The translations under genes and the position numbers were made by a program. The notes under the pieces are model-generated. The model did no database searches, was not told where the DNA came from, and saw only the letters and a list, made by a program, of their open reading frames with translations. Shown here piece after piece: positions 42,653 to 56,954 of a stretch of DNA of 64,000 nucleotides. The number at the start of each line of letters is the position of its first letter. Positions within the stretch are counted from its first letter, which is position 1. Origin of the DNA: Octopus vulgaris. Taxonomy: Eukaryota. The stretch spans positions 8,928,001 through 8,992,000 of the forward strand of contig OX597843.1 in the NCBI GenBank assembly GCA_951406725.2. Direction: 5' to 3'.

Positions 42653-43232
42653 TCGCACTCGTACACACGTTTAGGTATACTCACACACATCTCTCTGTGT
42701 ATATTTACACGCTTATTAAGATCTTATAATAGTTGATAAATATGTATTTGTGTGAGCGTGCGTGTGAGCGTCCGTGTGTCTATATATATATATATTTTTC
42801 ATATATGGATGGATTCATATATACATATATATATGTGCATGTGTGTGTGTATGTATATGTATATATATATGTGTGTTTGTGTGTGTGTGTGTGTGTGTGA
42901 GGTCCTGTTCTTGTTATTATTATTATTGTTTTTACGTATTTTTGTATTTTTATTCGTGTAACATTGTCCGTTTTTCCGTCCTTGTTTTGTATACATTCGA
43001 GGCTTTCTTCCAAGGAATCTAATGCGCATGGCTTAGATTTTTTCCTTTGGGGCTGGCCAGGTCGGAGCAATCTCAAGATTAATCGGCCGAAATTGCGAGG
43101 ATGATCCGGTTCTTGACTGAAGATTGAAGGCTTCGAATGTCCCGTCCGTGTTTTTTTGTGTCGTCTTCTAAATGTTTTGCGTTCTTGTCTCAGTTTGTAC
43201 TTTTTTACATTTACGTATATATATATATATAC

Positions 43233-43275
<43 letters not shown>

Positions 43276-43378
43276 TACAGATATAAACACACACACACAC
43301 ACATATACGTATAATCACACACATGCATATTCATCGTGCACTCTATCCATTCATCTGTCTACGCATGTACTTATTTAT

Positions 43379-44063
43379 CCTATTTCTTTACTACCCACAA
43401 GGGGCTAAACACAGAGGGGACAAACAAGGACAGACAAAGGGATTAAGTCGATTACATGGGCCCCAGTGCGTAACTCGTACTTAATTTATCGACCCCGAAA
43501 AGATGAAAGGCAAAGTCGACCTCGGCGGAATTTGAACTCAGAACGTAACGGTAGACGAAATACCGCTAAGCATTTCGTCCGGTGTGCTAACGGTTCTGCC
43601 ACCTCGTCCACCTACTTATATCTATCCATCTATCCATCTATCCATCCAAAGGCGGCAAGCTGGCGGAATCGTTAGCACGCCGGGCGAAATGCTAAGCGGT
43701 GTTTCGTCTGTCGTTACGTTCTGAGTTCAAATTCCGCCGAGGTCGACTTTGCCTTTCATCCTTTCGGGGTCGATAAATTAAGTACCAGTTTCGCACTGGG
43801 GTCGATGTAATCGACTTAATCCCTTTGTCTGTCCTTGTTTGTCCCCTCTATGTTTAGCCCCTTGTGGGTAGTAAAGAAATAAGTATTTCGTCTGCCGTTA
43901 CGTTCTGAGTTCAAATTCCGCCGAGGTCGACTTTGCCTTTTATCCTTTCGGGGTCGATAAATAAAGTACCAGTTACGCACTGGGGTCGATGTAATCGACT
44001 TAATCCATTTGTCTGTCCTTGTTTGTCCTCTCTGTGTTTAGCCCCTTGTGGGTAATAAAGAAA
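43379..44063. mobile_element. Cluster of three SINE B copies: 43379-43610 (-), 43651-43880 (+), 43883-44063 (+, 5'-truncated)
   Basis: Homology to the other B copies; a head-to-head pair plus a tandem dimer. Confidence 0.92.
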
Positions 44064-44481
44064 CATATATCTATCCATCTATTTATTATCCACCAATCTC
44101 TCAACAACCTGATCCTTAAAACTCCACCACCACCACCACCACCAAGACAGTAATGTCGGTTTCCCCCACTATCACCATCGCCTACCATTATTATTGCTAC
44201 TACCACCACTACTACTACTACCGCCCCGAACGACGACAACATCAACAACAACAATAAGAGCAGCCACAGCGCGCAGCCCTGACTCACCCCCTTTCGACGT
44301 TGAAACAGCACCGCTTCACAGGGGTTTTCAAAAAAGACGCGGACAGCGGACACGTGACGATAAAGTCGAAGCAGTGCAGCGGTTTGTATATACACGGCCT
44401 CATCGGTGTATGTACATACATCCCCGACCACCACACACATACACACACACATGTACGCACACATATGCAAGCACACACACG

Positions 44482-44518
<37 letters not shown>

Positions 44519-44785
44519 CCATATACGTGTACGCACGCGCTCGGAGGCTGGGAGACAGGAAGAGAAATGCCACACACCTATAAAGTGTACGCGCAGAAAC
44601 ACGTGTGCAGGTGTATGTATGATTGCGCATGTATGCATGCATATATATGTGTGTGTGTGTATATGTGTGTGTATGTATGTGTGTATATATGTGTGTGTAT
44701 GTGTGGGTACACACGAATATATAATACGTATAGGTTTGCAGACAGACAGATTGATAGATAGATAGATAGATAGATTGATTGATGG

Positions 44786-44909
44786 ATATATTAGCTCGAC
44801 TTCCGTACGCAACTGGTACTTAATTTATCGACCCCGAAAGAATGAAAGGCAAAGTCGACTTCGGCGGAATTTGAACTCAGAACGTCCCAAACATATACAT
44901 ATGTATATA

Positions 44910-44953
<44 letters not shown>

Positions 44954-45174
44954 AACATATACTATATACATATATATGGGTATGTATGTATGTATATATA
45001 TATCTATATATATATAGATATATATATATACACACACATATATATACACATATATATATACACATATATATATATATTATGTGTATATATATGTGTGTGT
45101 ATATATATATCTATATATATATAGATATATATATACATACATACATACCCATATATATGTATATAGTATATGTT

Positions 45175-45216
<42 letters not shown>

Positions 45217-45340
45217 TATATACATATGTATATGTTTGGGACGTTCTGAGTTCAAATTCCGCCGAAGTCGACTTTGCCTTTCATTCTTTCGGGGTCGATA
45301 AATTAAGTACCAGTTGCGTACGGAAGTCGAGCTAATATAT
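44786..45340. repeat. Near-perfect ~555-bp palindrome (inverted duplication of a SINE B fragment plus microsatellite)
   Basis: Both arms share private SINE variants and the same irregular microsatellite in mirror image. Confidence 0.92.
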
Positions 45341-45414
45341 ATATATATACATATATAGCTATAGTTGTAAATATAGATATATCTATATATACATGTGTGG
45401 GTGTGTATGTATGC

Positions 45415-45495
<81 letters not shown>

Positions 45496-45885
45496 AGAAG
45501 TTGAAAATGCACTGGGCATAGTTAATATATATATATATATATATTTAATATATATATAGTTAGTTGTTAGTATATACGCATGCGTGTATGTGTGTGCATG
45601 TGTGTGTGTGTGTGTGTGTATGTGTGTGTGTATGTGTGTGTGTGTGTGTGTATGTGCGTGTGTGTGTACAACATCCGGACGTGATTTGGAAGGATTCTCA
45701 CCTGCAACGATGCTGGACGCCAAAGGTTTTCTTCTTCAGCGGGACACACAGACACAAACGACGACCACGTTCGTGATTGATAAACCCGAAGCGTGCACCA
45801 CGGTGGGTGATCTCAGACGGAGCGACTAGAAATGCTAGAAATAGCACCGAAATCGCATTCAGATCACGTATTTCTTCATAAAAAG

Positions 45886-45970
45886 AAAGGGGCCTTTGTA
45901 TGCTGTCGTTACAGGTTTCGTCGAATAAACATAGGACGAAGCCTGACTGACAACATACAAAGGTCCTTTT
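45886..45970 (+). ncRNA. Pre-miRNA-like hairpin (candidate)
   Basis: AAAGGGGCCTTTGTATGCTGTCGTTACAGGTTTCGTC-(12-nt loop)-GACGAAGCCTGACTGACAACATACAAAGGTCCTTTT; ~36-bp imperfect stem with four G.U pairs on the + strand. Confidence 0.3.
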
Positions 45971-46329
45971 GAATGGGGCGTATGCAAGGGTTTTAGGGTC
46001 TGTCTGGGTAGAACGAAAATAGGGGCTGTTTTTGTGTGCATGTGTGTGTGTGTGTGTGTTTTGCTTTAATTGTCTCAGGGATCAGCCTGCGGTCATGCTG
46101 CAGCACTGCCTTAAAGAATTTTAATGGGCCCTGTACTTATTTCTTTCTCTGCCCTTTACTTTTTTTAAGGCTTGTACTTTTTCTAGCGGTCCGGGGTTTT
46201 TTTCCGAACTGCCAAGTTACAAGGACGTAAACAAACCGACACCGATTGTCTGGCAATCACGAGGCCGAAACATGTATACATGTGTCTGTATATATATAGA
46301 AATATTTGCAAACATATTTTTGTTATTCT

Positions 46330-46532
46330 TTGTTATTATTTGACTACGGCCATGCTGGAGCACCGCCTTTAGTGGAACAAATCGCCCCCAGAGCTTATTC
46401 TTTGTAAGCCTAGTACTTATTCAACCGGTTTCTTTTGGCGAACTGCTAGGTTACAGGGACATAAACATACCAACGTCGGTTGACAAGTGATGGCGGAGTG
46501 ACAAACACAGACACACACAAATATATACACAT

Positions 46533-46584
<52 letters not shown>

Positions 46585-46746
46585 GACACGCTTCTTTCAG
46601 TTTCCATCTACCAAATTCACTCACAAGGCTTTGATTGGGCGGAGGCTATAATAGAAGACACTTGGCCAAGCTGCCACGCAGTAGGACTGAACCTGGAACC
46701 ATATGGTTGGAAAGTAGGCTTCTTACTTCACAACCACGCCTGCGCC

Positions 46747-46811
<65 letters not shown>

Positions 46812-46971
46812 TCGCAGGCGTAGCTGTGTGGTAAGAAGCTTGCTTGTCAACACATTGTTTTGCGTTCAATCCCATTGCGTGGCGCCTTAAGGACTGACTA
46901 AATGATTGTGGGTGGATTTGGGAGATGGAAACTAAATGAAGCCGTCGTATATATATATATATATATATATA

Positions 46972-47031
<60 letters not shown>

Positions 47032-47660
47032 TGTATGTATATTTATGTGTGTGCGTGGTTTTGTGTCGACATTTGTCCCCCACCACCGCTTGACAGCTGG
47101 TGTTGGTGTGTTTACGTCCCGATAACATGGCGGTTTGGCAAAAGAGCTGACAGAATAAGTACTACGGTTACAAAGAATAAGTCCCGGGGTCGATTCGTTC
47201 GACTAAAGGCGGTGCTCCAGCATGACCGCAGTCAAATAACTGAAACAAGTAAAAGAATAAAGGAACATTTTATATATATGTGTGTGTATGTATGTATATA
47301 TATAGTGGCTGTGTGGTAAGTAGCTTGCTAACCAACCACATGGTTCCGGGTTCAGTCCCACTGCGTGGCACCTTGGGCAAGTGTCTTCTGCTATAGCCCC
47401 GGGCCGACCAATGCCTTGTGAGTGGATTTGGTAGACGGAAACTGAAAGAAGCCTGTCGTATATATGTATATATATATATATGTATGTGTGTGTTTGTGTG
47501 CTGGTGTGTTTACATCCCCGTCACTTAGCGGTTCGGCAAAAAGAGACCGATATAATAAGTACTGGGCTTACAAAGAATAAGTCCCGGGGTCGATTTGCTC
47601 GACTAAAGGCGGTGCTCCAGCATGGCCGCAGTCAAATGACTGAAACAAGTAAAAGATAAA
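46330..47660. mobile_element. Three SINE A copies: 46330-46747 (-), 46813-47262 (+, internally deleted), 47304-47660 (+)
   Basis: Homology to family A. Confidence 0.88.
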
Positions 47661-47752
47661 AGAAAAGAAAAATATATATACGCACTTACACATCTATATA
47701 TATATACGCACTTATATATCTATATATATATATATAAGTGTGTGTGTGTGTG

Positions 47753-47799
<47 letters not shown>

Positions 47800-47821
47800 G
47801 CACTTACATATTTATATATCC

Positions 47822-47905
<84 letters not shown>

Positions 47906-47920
47906 TAACATATTTATATA

Positions 47921-47954
<34 letters not shown>

Positions 47955-48719
47955 GTGTGTGTGTGTTTGTATAAAGTTATATACATACATATACATCCAT
48001 ATATAAATATCTGTTTGTATAAGAGTGCATGCGTGTGTAGATATGCACATGTATACGTCTGTGTACGTATACATCTGTATATGTATGTATGTATATATGT
48101 ACGCATGCATATACTCCTCTGTGTGTGTGTGTGTGTGTGTGTGTGCATGTGTGTGTGTGTGCGCATGTGTGTGTGTGTGTGTGTGTGTGCGCGTGACAGT
48201 GTGCGCATGTCTTAGTCGGGCACGTGTTACGTCTCTAGAAATCGCTCAGCACCGCACATGTCTAGTGTATATATAAGCGTGCGGGTGTATATAATTTTGT
48301 GGGAATGGCACACATGTATTTGTAAGAACACGCATGGATGTATATAATGATTTGGTATATGGCGGTGTAAGTGGTGGTGTTTAGTGCGTATATAACATCG
48401 GTGTGTAGAAAAGGTCGTGTGCCGCAGTTGTGTATACAACGAATGCCACGCGTGTGTATATTATGCGAACATTAGGTGTTTATTATGCCCTTGCCTGTGA
48501 GAACTAAGCAGCAGTTAGCCGTCCTTGTTATATACACTCGCAAAAATTTGTAAAGGGTTATTCGTTTATACATGCGTTTGTATGCGTCTGTATATGTGTA
48601 TATATGTGTGAATAGAAATATATACTTGTGTGTATATTTCTGTGTGTGTTTTTGTGTGCGTGTGTTTATGTATATGTGTATGTATGTATGTGAATACGTC
48701 TATGTATATAGATACATTG

Positions 48720-48781
<62 letters not shown>

Positions 48782-48782
<1 letters not shown>

Positions 48783-49180
48783 GGCGATGGAGTGGCTGTG
48801 TGGTAAGTAGCTTGCTTACCAGCCACATGGTTCCGGGTTCATTCCCACTGTGTAACACCTAGGGCAAGTGTCTTCTACTATAGCCTCGGGCCGACCAAAG
48901 CCTTGTGAGTGGATTTAGTAGACGGAAACTGAAAGAAGCCCGTCGTATATATGTATATGTATGTGTGTGTGTGTATGTTTGTGTGTCTGTGTTTGTCCCT
49001 CTAGCATTGCTTGACAACCGATGCTGGTGTATTTACGTCCCCGTAACCAAGCGGTTCGGCAAGAGAGACGGATAGAATAAGTACTAAGCTTACAAAGAAT
49101 AAGTCCTGGGGTCGATTTGCTCGAGTAAAGGCGGTGCTCCAGCATGGCCACAGTCAAATGTCTGAAACAAATAAAAGAGT
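48782..49180 (+). mobile_element. SINE family A, full length
   Basis: Homology to family A. Confidence 0.92.
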
Positions 49181-49266
49181 AAAATAGTAAACCTTTATAT
49201 ATATATATGTGTGTGTGTGAAACAAGGTGAGGAAAAGTAGTGCTCGAATACCGAAAGTAGAGTAAT

Positions 49267-49452
49267 ATGCTTTAATGTTAAAGCTGCCAAACATCCTAAC
49301 GATATCACAAAAAGGCTGCTACTCAGAGTTTCCCGTTCGTCGGACAGTTTCGGTTCTCAATCTAAACCGCCAGTTGAACGGGAAAACTCTGAGTAGCAGT
49401 TTTATGTTTTGGATGTTTTGGGGATGTTTTTGCAGATTTAATAATAAAGTAT
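49267..49452. mobile_element. Imperfect inverted-repeat element with a hammerhead remnant (U4C, stem II largely missing)
   Basis: CTGCTACTCAGAGTTTCCCGTTC / GAACGGGAAAACTCTGAGTAGCAG. Minus strand 49316-49347 reads CTGT-CCGACGA-ACGG-GAA-ACTC-T-GAGT-A-GCAG. Confidence 0.55.
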
Positions 49453-49474
49453 GTGCGTGTGTGTATGTGTGTGT

Positions 49475-49511
<37 letters not shown>

Positions 49512-49880
49512 TACGACAGGCTTCTTTCAGTTTCCGTCTACCAAATCCACTCACAAGGCATTGGTCGGACCGGGGCTATAGCAGAAGACACTTGCCCAAG
49601 ATGCCACGCAGTGGGACTGAACCCGGAACCATGTGGTTGGTTAGCAAGCTACTTACCGCACAGCCACTCATGTATGTATGTGTATGTGTGTCTGTGTTTG
49701 TCCCCCAAACATCGCTTGACAACCGATGCTGGTGTGTTTACGTCCCCGTAACTTAGCGGTTCGACAAGAGAGACCGATAGAATAAGTACTAGGCTTACGA
49801 AGAATAAGTCCCGGGGTCGATTTGCTCGACTAAAGGCAGAGCTCCAGCATGACCGCAGTCAAATGACTGAAACAAGTAAA
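49512..49880. mobile_element. SINE A with its 5' half (-) and 3' half (+) in opposite orientations
   Basis: 49512-49670 is the 5' half on the minus strand; 49685-49880 is the 3' half on the plus strand. Confidence 0.85.
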
Positions 49881-50978
49881 AGAGTAAACGAGTAAAAGAG
49901 TATATGTATGTATGTCTGTGTGTGTGTGTGTGTGCGTGTGTGTGTATTTAAATATGCGTATTCATGTATAAACAGCACACATCTATGCATATACACTCAT
50001 TGGTGTGAACTTGTGGGAACTGAAGCACATGTGTGCGTATACATCTTATGAATATTATGTGTGTATACACGTGTAATGTGGGTATATATTTTCTTTGATT
50101 AATTCTTTGCACACATATATAACTATACAAATATACACACATACACATATTTGTGTGTGTGTGTGTGTATAAATATATATATGCATGTATGCTTGATGCG
50201 CTTATGTGCGGCTGGTATGTTCATGCATATGTGTGCGTGTATACACACGTGTGTATATACTCGTGTGCGAGGGTGGGGGGCGAGTGTGTGCGGGCGGGCG
50301 TGCACGCGTTTATAGCGATTGTTCATTCTAGGTCGGCGTGTTCGAAATGTAAGCAGGGTACACGCGCCGAAGTTGGAATCGATCTCCTCACCCTGCGTTC
50401 CTCTTCCCGGCCACCACCACTACCACCACGAGCGCCACCACCACCACCACCAACACCACCACCCACACTCCTCCAGCCTTGAAGTCCGACCCTTCGATGA
50501 TGACTGTTGGGCTTCGTTCGAGCGATTCTTTGAGTTGCACCTGTGTGTGTATACGGCATAACACACAGGGGCCATTATGAGATGGGGTGTAGGGTGGGTA
50601 GTGACCGGGAGAGGGAGACAGAAAAAAAAGAGAGATACAGAGTGGGGGATGGATGGATGAAGAAGTAGAAGTAGAGACAAAAAGGGAAAGGAAATGAAGC
50701 AGGGAGTTAAAGGGAGGTGGAACGAACGTCCTAGGGAGAAAGAGGCTTGTTAACCCTGTTAGGTTTGACGAAGTGTGTGCGCCTACGCTCAGCTCTATGT
50801 TTGTGATTATGGATGGTTTTGTTTAAGTCTGTATACTTGATTGTATGTGTGTGTAAGTCGAAGAGTGTGTGTACGTGTGTGGATAGACAGATAAATATAC
50901 AGATACACACACACACACACACACACACACGTGTATAACCATGAAGGCACAAATACGCACACACATATAACTATAGAT

Positions 50979-51077
<99 letters not shown>

Positions 51078-52349
51078 TACATGTGTGTGTGTGTGTGTAC
51101 ATTATATCTTTATTGTATTGTCAAGTGTCCATATATTTATATTGCTGTATATGTGTATATATATATATATACATAGGCGTGCGCGCTCGTTTTATACATA
51201 CTATGCATTAGACTCTCGATCCTTCAGTCGTTATGTAACTTTGCAGCCGATTAAACATGCGTATATGTGTGTATAATACGTATATATACATATATACACA
51301 CAAATATATATATACATATATACATATATATACACACACACACACACAAATATACATATATAAACATGCATACAGTGCACAGCTAAATGTATAAATATAT
51401 ATATATATATGCATATATACGTATACATATATCTATTTATACACATTTATATACATATATACATGCATACATGCATACATACATACATATATACACACAA
51501 ATATATATATATACACACATGCATATATATATATATACACACACATGCATATATACACATAACGTACACTAACACACGTATGAGCCTCAATAACTGTATA
51601 GTCCACTAATTGTATTTTGTATATATATATATAGAGAGAGAGAGAGAGAAAGACAGACAGACAGACAGACAGTGTGTGTGTGTGTGTGTGTGTGTATGAA
51701 TGCGCATGACAGAAAGTGATAGACATATATATCATATATACATATATATATATATATATGTTTGTGAGAGAGAGAGCTAAGGAGAGGATGAGGGAAAAAA
51801 GGGAACACGATAGTGCCAGAGAGAGACGGAGGGAGGGAGAGAGAGAGAGAGTGAGGGTGCATTACCTACACCTACACCATCATATAAATCTAAGCATGCC
51901 CATCCCCCATTAACTAACCCATACATATCTCCTCCCTCACTCCGTTTTACACAAACGTTTACACTCCACAGCCCGAACCCTTCTGAAAAAAAAAAATCCC
52001 CGACCCCCTAAAAAACACAAGACCCCCCCCCCCCGCCAACGCCGCCCTCTTTCTTAACACCCCATAATGTTTTCGTATCCCCCCACTGCATGATTTTTGC
52101 TACCCCCCACCCCCATCGACACTCCACCATTACGACCGTTTAAATGCAGCCCACGATTACGACTGTCTTACACGTGTCCTCGGAAGCAGGCAAGCGTAAA
52201 GATACATTGTTGTAAATGGCGGCCCGAAGAGGATGTCGACGTCTTGAAGCGCGCTCACATCACAGAGCCGCCATTGCACAAACATACACACGTGTGCAGA
52301 TATGTCTCTGTGTGTGTGTGTGTGTGTCACTGTTTATGTGAATAACTGT

Positions 52350-53321
52350 GTGTGTGTGTGTGCATGAGTGTATGGATGTATATGTATGTGTGTATTGTAT
52401 TTTGTATGTGTGCGTGTATGTGTGTATTAGAGGGAGCGGATTTATACTCTCATATGTGTGTGTGTGTGTGTATGAGTGTGTGGATGTATATGTATGTGTG
52501 TATTGTATTTTGTATGTGTGTGTGTATGTGTGTATTAGAGGGAGCGGATTTATACTCTCATATGTGTGTGTGTGTGTGTATGAGTGTGTGGATGTATATG
52601 TATGTGTGCATTGTATTTTGTATGTGTGTGTGTATGTGTGTATTAGAGGGAGCGGATTTATACTCTCATATGTGTGTGTGTGTGTGAATGAGTGTGTGGA
52701 TGTATATGTATGTGTGTATTGTATTTTGTATGTGTGTGTGTATGTATGTATTAGAGGGGGCGTATTTATACTCTCATATGTGTGTGTGTGTGTATGAGTG
52801 TGTGGATGTATATGTATGTGTGTATTGTATTTTGTATGTGTGTGTGTATGTGTGTATTAGAGGGAGCGGATTTATACTCTCATATGTGTGTGTGTGTGTG
52901 TGACTGTTTGTGTGAATGACTGTGTGTGTGTGTGTGTATGAGTGTGTGGATGTATATGTATGTGTGTATTGTATTTTGTATGTGTGCGTGTATGTGTGTA
53001 TTAGAGGGAGCGGATTTATACTCTCATATGTGTGTGTGTGTGTGTGTGACTGTTTGTGTGAATGACTGTGTGTGTGCGTGTGTGTATGAGTGTGTGGATG
53101 TATATGTATGTGTGTATTGTATTTTGTATGTGTGCGTGTATGTGTGTATTAGAGGGAGTGGATTTATACTCTCATATGTGTGTGTGTGTGTGTGACTGTT
53201 TGTGTGAATGACTGTGTGTGTGTGTGTGTGTGTATGAGTGTGTGGATGTATATGTATGTGTGTATTGTATTTTGTATGAGTGCGTGTATGTGTGTATTAG
53301 AGGGAGCGGATTTATACTCTC

Positions 53322-53352
<31 letters not shown>

Positions 53353-53475
53353 ACTGTTTGTGTGAACGACTGCGTGTGTGTGTGTGTATGAGTGTGTGGA
53401 TGTATATGTATGTGTGTATTGTATTTTGTATGTGTGCGTGTATGTGAGTATTAGAGGGAGTGGATTTATACACTC

Positions 53476-53516
<41 letters not shown>

Positions 53517-53635
53517 TGTGAATGACTGTGTGTGTGTGTGTGTATGAGTGTGTGGATGTATATGTATGTGTGTATTGTATTTTGTATGTGTGCGTGTATG
53601 TGAGTATTTGAGGGAGCGGATTTATACTCTCATGT
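52350..53635. repeat. Minisatellite, 10 units of ~107-157 bp
   Basis: AGAGGGAGCGGATTTATACTCTCA (or a close variant) recurs 10 times; the later units carry an extra GACTGTTTGTGTGAATGACT block. Confidence 0.95.
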
Positions 53636-53801
53636 GTGTGTGTATGTGTGTGTTGTTATACGTATGTATATTAATGTAGTGTGTGTGTATTTCAAATTAT
53701 ATACGCATATACATATACGCATGTATATACAAACAGATAGACAGACAGACAGACAGAAAGACACATGATATATATGTGTGTATATATATGTATGTACATT
53801 C

Positions 53802-53898
<97 letters not shown>

Positions 53899-53938
53899 TA
53901 TAGAACATATATATATATATACAGATATATATATATAT

Positions 53939-54001
<63 letters not shown>

Positions 54002-54028
54002 TACATATATATACATATATATATATAC

Positions 54029-54129
<101 letters not shown>

Positions 54130-54251
54130 CATATATATGTATGCATGTATGTGTGTATTCCATACACGGGTTCAAAGAGGGTGTGTTGTTCGCTGGATAA
54201 CAACAAATGCAATGGGATATTATGTATGAATCTCTGAGAGAGACAGAGAGG

Positions 54252-54287
<36 letters not shown>

Positions 54288-54512
54288 ATGTGTGTGTGTG
54301 TGTGCGTGCGGAGGCGTGTGTGTGTGTGTTAAGAATATGTCGTCAGTATATCTACTCTGTCGCAGGACACTCAAGGCTATATACAAGCGCATATACATGT
54401 GTGTATGTATGTATGTATGTATGCATGCATGCATGTATGTATGTATGTGTGTACGTGTGTGTGCATGTATGTAAATATGCATATATATATATACATGCAC
54501 ATATATATATAT

Positions 54513-54573
<61 letters not shown>

Positions 54574-54604
54574 CACAAGTATGCAGAGACATGTGCGTGC
54601 ACAC

Positions 54605-54655
<51 letters not shown>

Positions 54656-54711
54656 GTGTGTGCGTGTGTGTGTGCACATGTTTATATATGTGGATATATA
54701 TACATATATAA

Positions 54712-54759
<48 letters not shown>

Positions 54760-55010
54760 ACATATAGATATTAGTCTGTAATGTGTATATATATATATAT
54801 ATATGCACACACACACACATACACTCAGGGATGTGTATATAAGTTGGCGCCCTCATAGAGTGGAAACATAAAACCGCGGTACGGACGTATGAAACGTACG
54901 CCATACCGGATGTGTGAATACAAGATTACATACGCATACGAATATATGCATATGTATGTATATATATGTACGTACGTAGGCCGTACGTTCCCTGTATGCA
55001 TATATGGATG

Positions 55011-55087
<77 letters not shown>

Positions 55088-55324
55088 TGTGTGTGTGTGT
55101 GTGTGTATGTATATATATATATATATATGTATGTATGCATGTATATGTATATATATATATATATATATTTGGATATATATACATGCACAAATGTATATAT
55201 ATACGCAGGCGTATACACGCGTTGATGGATAGATAGATCGATAGATTACTACATAGGCCACTATTGATGTATGTATATTTTGTCCGCACACAAATGCACT
55301 CACCTACACATATACATGCATGTT

Positions 55325-55363
<39 letters not shown>

Positions 55364-55499
55364 TCAAACACACTTGCGCGGGTCCACACACAGTGGCGAC
55401 CTCTCACACATACACACGTACACATATATACTCATTTACACTCACACAATATGATACGCATGCAGGGACACACACACGCACACACAAAGTAGCCTACAC

Positions 55500-55875
55500 A
55501 CTCTTTCATGATATATACACAAACAAGCACAGACACACACACACACACACTCTTTCATGCAATTCTATACACACACACACTCTCAAACACTCTTTCATCC
55601 AATTCTATACACACACACACACACACACTCGAACACACACACACTTTCATGCAATTCTATATACACACACACACATTCAAAGACACACATTAAAAGACAC
55701 ATATATACACCTTCATATACACCTTCATATACACACACACACACTTTCATGCAATTCTATATACACACACACACACACACACATTCAAACACATACATTA
55801 AAAGATACATATATACACCTTCATACACATCCATGCAATTTGATATACACACACACACACTCTTTCATGCAATTC

Positions 55876-55906
<31 letters not shown>

Positions 55907-55990
55907 TCTTTCATCCAATTCTATATACACACACACATTAAAAGACACATATATACACCTTCATATACATCCGTGCAATTTGATACACAC
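55500..55990. repeat. Compound minisatellite (CTTTCATGCAATTCTATAT(AC)n units)
   Basis: Direct reading. Confidence 0.85.
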
Positions 55991-56284
55991 ACACACAAGC
56001 ACACACACACGTGTTTGACCACAATTACATCTTATCGTTTCTCATCGTTCAACTCCCTCGTTCGCACTTTAATTACACTTCATTCACCTCACCCCCACCC
56101 CCTGGCACCACCCACCACCCCACCACCACCACAGACCCCCTGCTGTCTCTGCTCTCCTCTCCTCTCCTCTCCTCTCCTCTCCTCTCTGACTCTGCTTATG
56201 ATCTTTTTTGTCTTTCGCATTGTCCGAAATGACTTCGACGTCCTTGCGGCCCTTGAGGCCCCTCGTGGCTAATAAACAGTCGTC

Positions 56285-56409
56285 TTCATCATCATCATCA
56301 TCATCATCATAATCATCATCATCAACATCATCATCATCATCATCATTACCATCATCATCATCATCGCCATCATCATCACCATGATCCTCATCGTCATCAT
56401 CATCATTAC

Positions 56410-56456
<47 letters not shown>

Positions 56457-56457
56457 A

Positions 56458-56501
<44 letters not shown>

Positions 56502-56517
56502 CCATCATCCTCATCGA

Positions 56518-56566
<49 letters not shown>

Positions 56567-56598
56567 GTCATCAACATCATCACCATCATCCTCATCGA

Positions 56599-56635
<37 letters not shown>

Positions 56636-56756
56636 TTCATTATCTTCATTATCTTCATCATCATCATCATTATCATCATCATCATCATCGTCATCATCAT
56701 CATCATCACCATCATCCTCATCGACATCATCATCATCATCATCATCATCATCACCG

Positions 56757-56794
<38 letters not shown>

Positions 56795-56835
56795 GTCATC
56801 ATCGTCATCATCATCATCACCATCATCCTCATCGA

Positions 56836-56884
<49 letters not shown>

Positions 56885-56945
56885 TTCATCATCATCATCA
56901 TCGTCATCGTCATCATCATCGTCATCATCATCATCATCTTCATCA
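56285..56945. repeat. (CAT)n microsatellite
   Basis: Direct reading; source of the poly-Asp, poly-Met and poly-Ile ORFs. Confidence 0.97.
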
Positions 56946-56954
56946 TATATACAC

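Noticed and set aside
52350-53635. CRISPR-like periodic repeat (also 57346-57855)
   Set aside because: The intervening sequence is repeated, not unique spacers; eukaryotic context with no cas genes.
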